DNA of 64,000 bases from a virus (Duplodnaviria > Caudoviricetes). Location of the stretch: positions 5,325-69,324 of the IMG/VR virus record IMGVR_UViG_3300020036_007076; one strand, given 5' to 3'. The stretch's first letter is position 1. Each line of letters begins with the position of its first letter. Shown in pieces: positions 57,573-64,000 of the stretch. Under the pieces are notes generated by a model that saw only the letters and a program-made list of their open reading frames with translations, had not been told where the DNA came from and did not search any database. Both the position numbers and the translations under genes were made by a program.

Positions 57573-58142
57573 ATGTCTGAAAACGTATTAAAAAAAGACT
57601 TCAAACAAAAAGACATTCAACGTCTTCGTAATTTAGTTAAAGGTAACCAAAAAGAAAAATCCACAGTTGGTATTGGTTATGAAAAAAAACAAGAATTTTA
57701 CGAAGAAGGAGATGTATGGGATGCTGATGGAAGAACATGGACTATTATTGATGGTATTAAACAAAATATTACCAAATTAGATAAAGCTAAATCATCAATA
57801 TTAATGCCTTTATTTTGCCCACAATGTTCTAATTTAATGAAAAATAAATTTGACAAATTATTTTATATACAATATAATAGATGTTTTAACTGTCAGATAG
57901 ATTTTGAAACTGAAATCCGTAAATTAGGATTATGGGAAGAATACGAAAAAAATATCATAAACTCAGACCTAGATTCTATAATAAAAGATTATGGTGTATG
58001 GATGGATGAAATTTTAATTGGTTCTAATGAAAGCTTCATTACAGAAGCTGGAGATATAGAAAGATGGGTTGGAAATGGTAAGAAAAAGTTATTAGAAAAT
58101 AAAGAGGAAACAATTAAATATTTACAAAGCTTAAAAAAATAA
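57573..58142 (+). CDS. hypothetical protein with CxxC..CxxC
   Basis: CPQC, CFNC. Confidence 0.7.
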   Translation: MSENVLKKDFKQKDIQRLRNLVKGNQKEKSTVGIGYEKKQEFYEEGDVWDADGRTWTIIDGIKQNITKLDKAKSSILMPLFCPQCSNLMKNKFDKLFYIQYNRCFNCQIDFETEIRKLGLWEEYEKNIINSDLDSIIKDYGVWMDEILIGSNESFITEAGDIERWVGNGKKKLLENKEETIKYLQSLKK

Positions 58143-58146
58143 ATTT

Positions 58147-58770
58147 ATGGAGTTAATGCAAGGATTCATCACTATTTTTGTCGCATTGATTACGGCACTG
58201 GTAGGTCCTTTAGTAGTAGAGTACTTTAAAAATAAAACAAACAAAAAATCCAATAAAGATATCTTAGGTGAATCAATCCACACTGATGAAAAAATAGATC
58301 ATCAATTAGATTTACTAATGGAAGAATTTAAATGTGATAGAATTAGCATAGTCCAATTCCATAACGGAGGTAATTTTTATCCAACAGGTAAATCAATTAA
58401 GAAATTTAGTATTTTTTATGAAAAGACAACAGAAGGTACTCCATCAATAAAAGACACATCCCAAAATATTCCAGTATCATTGTTTCCAAAAATGTTTTCT
58501 CTTTTATATAAAGAAGGAGAAATAAACATACATAAATGTTCTGAAAATAATGTGGATTGTGGATTATTTCAAGTACGTGGGAAAAAATATAAAACCAAAT
58601 CATTTTATGTTGTAGCTATAAAAGATTTAAATAATAATTTTATAGGTACATTAACAATTTCATTTTATGCAAATGAACATAGATTTTCACTAGATGAATG
58701 GATAATATTAAGACAAAAAGTTGGAGCTATAGGTACTATATTAACTGACTATTTACATGATAAAAAATAA
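58147..58770 (+). CDS. membrane-anchored protein with GAF-like domain (possible holin/antiholin)
   Basis: N-terminal TM segment; DRISIVQFHNGG. Confidence 0.45.
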   Translation: MELMQGFITIFVALITALVGPLVVEYFKNKTNKKSNKDILGESIHTDEKIDHQLDLLMEEFKCDRISIVQFHNGGNFYPTGKSIKKFSIFYEKTTEGTPSIKDTSQNIPVSLFPKMFSLLYKEGEINIHKCSENNVDCGLFQVRGKKYKTKSFYVVAIKDLNNNFIGTLTISFYANEHRFSLDEWIILRQKVGAIGTILTDYLHDKK

Positions 58771-58810
58771 ATTTAATTAAATTTTTCAATATTTATAATA
58801 AAATTAAAAA

Positions 58811-59296
58811 ATGAGTAATTCATTCAAACACATGCAAAAATTAGCTTTTGGTAAACCCCTTACTGAATCAAAAGAGCAATTAAAAGATAAAATTAAAGAA
58901 TTATTATCTAATTCACTTGGTGAAGCTAAAAAAGGCGGAAAAAAAGCTAAAAAAGATATTGCCCCACAAGAAGATGTAGATATTAATATAGATGCAGAAG
59001 AAACACCTACAGATACTATAACTCCTGATACTACTGCATCTGTTGATATTGACCCAAAAGTAAAGGCAATCCAAGATTCATTACAAAAAGCATTAGCTAA
59101 TGCCAAAGCATTAGGTGATGAAAAATTAGTAGCACAAATAGGTAATACTATCACAATGCTTGTTAGAACACAAGTATTAGGAGCACAAAATGTAGCTGAA
59201 TCAAACAAGAAATATTATAAAGATGCAGAAGCTGATGATGCTGAACATATTAAAGCCTTAGAAAAAGATATGAAAGATGACAAACATTCAAGTTAA
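58811..59296 (+). CDS. putative internal head protein
   Basis: late motif upstream; MQKLAFG, LTE, acidic linker. Confidence 0.5.
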   Translation: MSNSFKHMQKLAFGKPLTESKEQLKDKIKELLSNSLGEAKKGGKKAKKDIAPQEDVDINIDAEETPTDTITPDTTASVDIDPKVKAIQDSLQKALANAKALGDEKLVAQIGNTITMLVRTQVLGAQNVAESNKKYYKDAEADDAEHIKALEKDMKDDKHSS

Positions 59297-59331
59297 ATTA
59301 ATAAATAAATAATCAATAAACCAAAAACAAA

Positions 59332-59505
59332 ATGAATACTAAAGAACTATTTGAACAAATTAGTGGGTTGTATGAAACAGCAAAAACTAACCACGAAGGT
59401 ACAACTAAAAAATCTCAACAAGCAGCTAGAAAAGCCCTATCAGAATTAAAAAAATTAATTCAAGCTTATAACAAAGCATCTGTTGCTGAAGCGAAATCAA
59501 AATAA
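59332..59505 (+). CDS. small basic protein resembling Bacteroidota Hc1-like proteins; not in ORF track
   Basis: MNTKELFEQI...AARKALSELKKLIQAYNKASV. Confidence 0.55.
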   Translation: MNTKELFEQISGLYETAKTNHEGTTKKSQQAARKALSELKKLIQAYNKASVAEAKSK

Positions 59506-59511
59506 TTTACT

Positions 59512-60009
59512 ATGGCATCACTTACCCCTAGAGAGTTAGAATTAAAAAACAAACTTTACAATCAATACAAACAAAATAAAAATAAATTTGTTAAAGATTA
59601 TGGGGAAAATGCTGAAAAAGTTATGACTGGTAGAGCTATTACATTAGCTAAACGCATGGCAGAAAAAGAAAATAAACTTAAAATAAAAGAAATCATCAAA
59701 AAGGCCCTTAAAGGGCCTCTTGATGAAATTGATTCTAATTTATTTGTCCAAAATAGAAAACCAGTACCTGATAAATCTCCAATAACTCCATTAATTCACC
59801 AAAAGAAAGAAAATCCAGAAGATGTAGTTAAACTTGACATTCCTCTTTTAATTCGTATGTTAGAATACGCTAGAGAAGATGCAAAAACAGATATGGATTT
59901 ACATTTTGTGGTTGAAAATATGATTGAATTATCAAAAGCAGATAGAGTATTAACTATGGAAGATTACGAAAGTATTATCTCTCCTTATTCAAAAATTGAT
60001 AATAAATAA
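59512..60009 (+). CDS. hypothetical protein
   Basis: DIPLLIRMLEYAREDAKTDMDLH domain. Confidence 0.65.
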   Translation: MASLTPRELELKNKLYNQYKQNKNKFVKDYGENAEKVMTGRAITLAKRMAEKENKLKIKEIIKKALKGPLDEIDSNLFVQNRKPVPDKSPITPLIHQKKENPEDVVKLDIPLLIRMLEYAREDAKTDMDLHFVVENMIELSKADRVLTMEDYESIISPYSKIDNK

Positions 60010-60014
60010 ATATA

Positions 60015-60560
60015 ATGGATAAAAATCAATTAAAAGATAAAATTAAATTTTTAGTAAAACAAGTCTATAACTCACCTGATAAAGCTGATAATAAAATAGA
60101 TTTGGATAACTCATCCCCTATATCTTTAGATAATACACGTTTTCCAGTATTAATAAAATTTCCAACACTTAAAGATACCATAATTAAATTACTTACAGAA
60201 CAATATGATTTATTTTTAAAGGATATAGAATGGGTTGCCCCACGTCCTACTACATTTCGTATTGTATTATCTAATGATCAAGTATTTTACTTAATTTTTA
60301 CTGAGAGAACATGGATAGGTAAAGTAGAAGGAAAAAAATATTATTTGTTAAATATTAGTGAAGAACAAAATTGTGTTGAATCTATAGCTAGAATATTAAC
60401 ATATGGTTCTAAACCTGAACCTAAAGAAACATCTGCCGAAGCAGCTTCTACTCCTAAAGAAGAACCATTAGACACATCAATCGCACCTGAAACACCAGTT
60501 GAAGAACCCCCAGTAGAAGAAACCCCACCAACAGATGAATTACCTGAGGTAACTCCTTAA
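60015..60560 (+). CDS. hypothetical protein with P/E-rich tail
   Basis: ORF. Confidence 0.7.
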   Translation: MDKNQLKDKIKFLVKQVYNSPDKADNKIDLDNSSPISLDNTRFPVLIKFPTLKDTIIKLLTEQYDLFLKDIEWVAPRPTTFRIVLSNDQVFYLIFTERTWIGKVEGKKYYLLNISEEQNCVESIARILTYGSKPEPKETSAEAASTPKEEPLDTSIAPETPVEEPPVEETPPTDELPEVTP

Positions 60561-61387
60561 TGAAATATATATATAACATAATTAATAAAGGTTTTAATAT
60601 CATTTTCAATTCTGTAGAAAATAATATTAGAAAAAATCTTTATAAAAAATGTTTATCAGATGATATAATAGATCTAATTATATGTAAATCAATTAAATAT
60701 AACAATTTATTTAATTTATATTTATATTTAAATAATCCTACCATATCATATAATGATTTGATAAATGAATCCGATTTAATAAAATTATTTTCCAAATCAA
60801 ATTTTGAACAAGCATTTATCGAAGATATAATAAATATATCTGGAACTTCAGGTACCATTACTTTTGGTAAAGGAGAACTTGCATTAATAATATTTATAAA
60901 TAATTCTTCCAAATACAATAAAAAAGGTGATATAATTGTAAATAATGTAGTTTTTGAAATAAAACGAGGCAAATCACAAATTTCAGAATCTAAATACTCT
61001 AAAAGAATTTCTAAATCAGATTTATTTTTAGGAGAAAAATCACAACAATTTATTTCTAAATACCATCCTAATTTATCCCAAAGAGTAACATGGGTTCAAT
61101 CGGTATATGAAACTGATTCTCCTAGTTGGGAATTAATTAATCTAATAAACGAATTATATCCTGGATTAGAAATTGAATTTGATTTATCTAATTATCATTC
61201 ATTAAATAATTCAATAGGATTAGCTCTAGTAAAAAATTATCTAAAAGATAAAATATTATTATTTATAGATAAAAATAACAAATTTATTTGTATTAAAGAT
61301 TATGATGAGTTTAAATCTCTTTTAAACAAAAAAATCAAATTCAGTATGGCTTCAGATTTAGTTCCTCGATGTGAATTAATTTTTTAA
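60560..61387 (+). CDS. putative PD-(D/E)XK endonuclease
   Basis: GKGELAL..KGDIIVNNVVFEIK. Confidence 0.5.
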   Translation: MKYIYNIINKGFNIIFNSVENNIRKNLYKKCLSDDIIDLIICKSIKYNNLFNLYLYLNNPTISYNDLINESDLIKLFSKSNFEQAFIEDIINISGTSGTITFGKGELALIIFINNSSKYNKKGDIIVNNVVFEIKRGKSQISESKYSKRISKSDLFLGEKSQQFISKYHPNLSQRVTWVQSVYETDSPSWELINLINELYPGLEIEFDLSNYHSLNNSIGLALVKNYLKDKILLFIDKNNKFICIKDYDEFKSLLNKKIKFSMASDLVPRCELIF

Positions 61388-61400
61388 TATATTTATAACC

Positions 61401-62399
61401 ATGGAATACCCAATTTTAAAACAACTTATTAGAGAAGCATTAAAATCCCCAATAAAAAAGGATACGTGTAATTGCGGATGTCATTCTTGTGAAAATGTAG
61501 GAAATAAGGGACCAGTAGTTAATAAAGATTTAAAAATAAAGATGACTGAAAACATGAAATATCATGTAGATAATAAGTTACCTTTAACTGAAACTAAATT
61601 AACTTATGGGTCTAAAGAATTTTTAGATTTATGGGCTGAAGCTCGTTATTTATATTCTCGTAATGCTATACATGTTAATGAAATTGATAAGAAATTTTTA
61701 ACTAAAACAAATTTGGGTGAATATGGTATATGTGAAGGAATTAAAGTTCCATTAGATTTACCTATATATAATAAAATAGTTAAAATAGAAGAAAATCATT
61801 TAAGTACTAAATTAGATGCTGATTTAAATAGTGGTACATTTATGTTACCTTATCAAGAATTATTAGATAAGATTGAAACCGATTTTGGAAAAAACGATTT
61901 ATATTACGAAATAGAACAGGCTATATTTGATGGTAATTTTTCAGATATTGTTAAAATATTAAAAAATTATGAGGTAGATAAAGAATATTTTCCTTTATTA
62001 AACCTTAATGAGAATAAATTTCTATACAAATATAATTCAAAGACAAGATCTACTAATAAAATTATTATTAATTCAATCAATGAAGACTCAGCTTCCAAAT
62101 TATATAAAATTGAAGGTTTATTAATTACAAATAACAAAATAAAACCCCAAAACCAAATTCTTTCAGATGTTAGGTCAATAACTGGGATAACTACAGTAGA
62201 TACTGAAGAATATACTCCAAGATTACCTAAAAAGGGACATTCATACGATAAATTAACAGTTAAAGTTGATCCATATCCATATTTAAAAAATGGAAAATTT
62301 GATGAAGAAACATTAAAACAAATAATTGATAATATAAATAATATTAGAGGTATAGTAAAATTTAAAGCAGACCCTCAATTAATAAACATAGGAATATAA
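61401..62399 (+). CDS. putative internal head protein (multi-module)
   Basis: LKQLIREAL leader; LTE, LNE, INE motifs between modules. Confidence 0.5.
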   Translation: MEYPILKQLIREALKSPIKKDTCNCGCHSCENVGNKGPVVNKDLKIKMTENMKYHVDNKLPLTETKLTYGSKEFLDLWAEARYLYSRNAIHVNEIDKKFLTKTNLGEYGICEGIKVPLDLPIYNKIVKIEENHLSTKLDADLNSGTFMLPYQELLDKIETDFGKNDLYYEIEQAIFDGNFSDIVKILKNYEVDKEYFPLLNLNENKFLYKYNSKTRSTNKIIINSINEDSASKLYKIEGLLITNNKIKPQNQILSDVRSITGITTVDTEEYTPRLPKKGHSYDKLTVKVDPYPYLKNGKFDEETLKQIIDNINNIRGIVKFKADPQLINIGI

Positions 62400-62401
62400 T
62401 A

Positions 62402-62947
62402 ATGAAAAACTATACAATAAGTGAATTAAAAAGTGAATTCAGCAAAAATTCATATAGTTGGTATAATTTCCAAATAGTTGGAATAAGATCTAAAGCAAAT
62501 AAACCAAACCAATTTGATGATTTAATAGGTGTAATTGCTAATGATAAAATTACTTGGTTTACAGGTACTACAAATCCAGGAACACATTGGTTAAAAAATC
62601 TTTTAAATCCAAAAGGTACAGCTATGTTAAAACCGGGACAATATATAGATTCATATCAATTAGGTTTACACCAAAATAAATATGAAGCATTTGTTCAAGC
62701 TAAACCTATTACAGTTTATAGAGATGGAGATAAAGATGATATAGCTGAAGAAACTAAAGTAACAGAAACTGGTTTTTTTGGAATAAACATACATAGAGCT
62801 AATGATAAATTAGTTTCTAAATTAATAGATAAATGGTCAGCAGGATGTCAAGTATTAAATAACCCTGATGATTTTAAAGAATTGCTTCACCAAGCAAAGT
62901 TATCAGGAAAAAAATTATTTACTTACACACTTTTAAATGAATTTTAA
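62402..62947 (+). CDS. putative endolysin, YkuD/L,D-transpeptidase-like fold
   Basis: GINIHRA-x11-WSAGCQV; next to a holin-like gene. Confidence 0.6.
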   Translation: MKNYTISELKSEFSKNSYSWYNFQIVGIRSKANKPNQFDDLIGVIANDKITWFTGTTNPGTHWLKNLLNPKGTAMLKPGQYIDSYQLGLHQNKYEAFVQAKPITVYRDGDKDDIAEETKVTETGFFGINIHRANDKLVSKLIDKWSAGCQVLNNPDDFKELLHQAKLSGKKLFTYTLLNEF

Positions 62948-62948
62948 C

Positions 62949-63206
62949 ATGGCATTCAAAATCAAACATTCGTATTACAAATCACCAACTCCAGCATTTT
63001 GGAGAAAAATTGGTGATTCATTACTTGCAGTTGCAGCTGTTATAGCTGTTGGAGGTATGTGGCAATTTGATACATTAAAAGAAATATTTACTGTATTAGA
63101 AATAAAATGTATAATTGGAGGTTCAATTGCACTTGCAATTATAGGTAAATTCCTTACCAACTTCTTCAAGGCTCCAGATAATAATAATAATCAACCAAAT
63201 AATTAG
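62949..63206 (+). CDS. putative holin
   Basis: two TM segments, directly after the lysin candidate. Confidence 0.5.
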   Translation: MAFKIKHSYYKSPTPAFWRKIGDSLLAVAAVIAVGGMWQFDTLKEIFTVLEIKCIIGGSIALAIIGKFLTNFFKAPDNNNNQPNN

Positions 63207-63247
63207 TTTTTACTAACTATTTTAATATTTATAACAAATATAAAACA

Positions 63248-63703
63248 ATGAACCAAAAAGAATTTAAATTACTTATTAGAGAATCTATTCAAGAATATAT
63301 TCGTGAAATAGACGATGCTGGAGATAGAGCAGCAGTTGAAGCAAAAATAAATAAATGTGAAGAAGCAATTGCATCTAGAAATAAAAAAATCGAAATGTCT
63401 GAATCATTAGAAGAAATGAAAGACATGGTAGACCCAGTTAAAATTAAAACTTTAAGATCTGAAATTAAAACTTTAGAAAAAAGTTTAAATAAATATAAAA
63501 AACAACTAGACAAAATGGATGGTAAAAACCAACCAAAAGAAGAAAAAAAAGAAGTTGTTACTGAAGAAGAACCAATATCTGAAATAGATTTAGAAATTGA
63601 AGATACTGAAGTAGTAAATGAAACAGCTGTTGAAGAATCAGAAGATTTTACATTAAATGAATCTCTTATTCGTATGAGAAAACTTGCGGGAATTATAAAG
63701 TAA
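63248..63703 (+). CDS. putative head core/scaffold-like protein
   Basis: FKLLIRESI leader; coiled coil; acidic linker; LNESLIRMRKLAGI end. Confidence 0.5.
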   Translation: MNQKEFKLLIRESIQEYIREIDDAGDRAAVEAKINKCEEAIASRNKKIEMSESLEEMKDMVDPVKIKTLRSEIKTLEKSLNKYKKQLDKMDGKNQPKEEKKEVVTEEEPISEIDLEIEDTEVVNETAVEESEDFTLNESLIRMRKLAGIIK

Positions 63704-63736
63704 ATTTGGAATATTAAAAACTTATATTTACATTAA

Positions 63737-64000
63737 ATGTATAAATTTTATAAAGATAAAAACGAGAATTTTGAGTGTAATATAGGATTAGAAGGTGCTA
63801 GTTTATCTAATGCTCAAGCTCGTTTAATTCTTGAAAATGAAGAATTTAATCTTGTATTTAAAGGTAATATAGATAAAGATGGAAAATGTATTGTTCCTAT
63901 AAAAAAATTAAAAATTTTAACTGAAGGTTTAACTGGAAAATTAAAATTAGAAGTAATAGTAGAAGAAGATACATATTTTTTACCTTTTCAAGATGAATTT
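63737..64000 (+). CDS. hypothetical protein, truncated by window end; not in ORF track
   Basis: MYKFYKDKNENFECNIGLEGAS...; upstream TTTGG-N13-TATATTTA promoter-like site. Confidence 0.6.
   Translation, partial: MYKFYKDKNENFECNIGLEGASLSNAQARLILENEEFNLVFKGNIDKDGKCIVPIKKLKILTEGLTGKLKLEVIVEEDTYFLPFQDEF

Larger units (their letters stand above)
35791..63234 (+). promoter_or_regulatory. late promoter-like motif (A)ATATTTATA(A)
   Basis: upstream of genes at about 35791, 38781, 49740, 55142, 58788, 61388, 63224; also at 27776 and 30301 before the HNH genes. Confidence 0.6.

Noticed and set aside
2956-63513. Minus-strand and nested ORFs in the supplied track (e.g. 2956, 3835, 6872, 8384, 14862, 25212, 54479, 55931, 58804, 63289)
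   Set aside because: They overlap better + strand genes or RNA elements, lack promoter repeats and look like shadow frames.
1-64000. Stop-codon reassignment (TAG or TGA recoding), as seen in some large phages
   Set aside because: Long genes are intact under code 11, TAG and TGA end ORFs at sensible boundaries, and there is no suppressor tRNA. The tRNAs with TAG and TAA anticodons are ordinary Leu tRNAs.
1-64000. Integrase, reverse transcriptase or DGR serving the cassette array
   Set aside because: No ORF shows tyrosine-recombinase R-H-R-Y or RT YxDD motifs that I could recognise. One may lie outside the window or in the host.

Overview
A 64 kb AT-rich segment of a large lytic myovirus-like phage genome, probably infecting Bacteroidota (inferred from its ECF sigma factor, promoter shape and tmRNA). 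All credible genes are on the + strand and use standard code 11. Layout: (1) 1-26.6 kb, early/accessory region of small ORFs, most preceded by a TAGGATTACA-N11-CATATATTTA promoter repeat (36 copies counted by eye up to 32 kb); it includes an ECF sigma factor. (2) 8.25-12.1 kb, an array of 11 integron-like cassettes separated by attC-like hairpins (TAAC...GTTA), plus one orphan cassette at 18.8-19.4 kb whose left junction falls inside an early promoter. No recombinase is present in the window. The cassettes look inverted relative to classical integrons: the hairpin lies upstream of its gene and often supplies the start codon, and the core TAA is often the stop codon. This is the best candidate for an undescribed system. 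(3) 26.7-31.5 kb, 25 tRNA genes covering all 20 amino acids, a tmRNA, HNH genes, a leader-peptide attenuator, a circularly permuted tRNA-like (Y-RNA-like) element and an unassigned structured RNA. (4) 33.7-64 kb, HD hydrolase, a sigma-like protein, baseplate/virion genes, primase, exonuclease, probable head-packaged proteins and a lysin-holin pair. All calls were made by eye from sequence motifs; no database searches were run.
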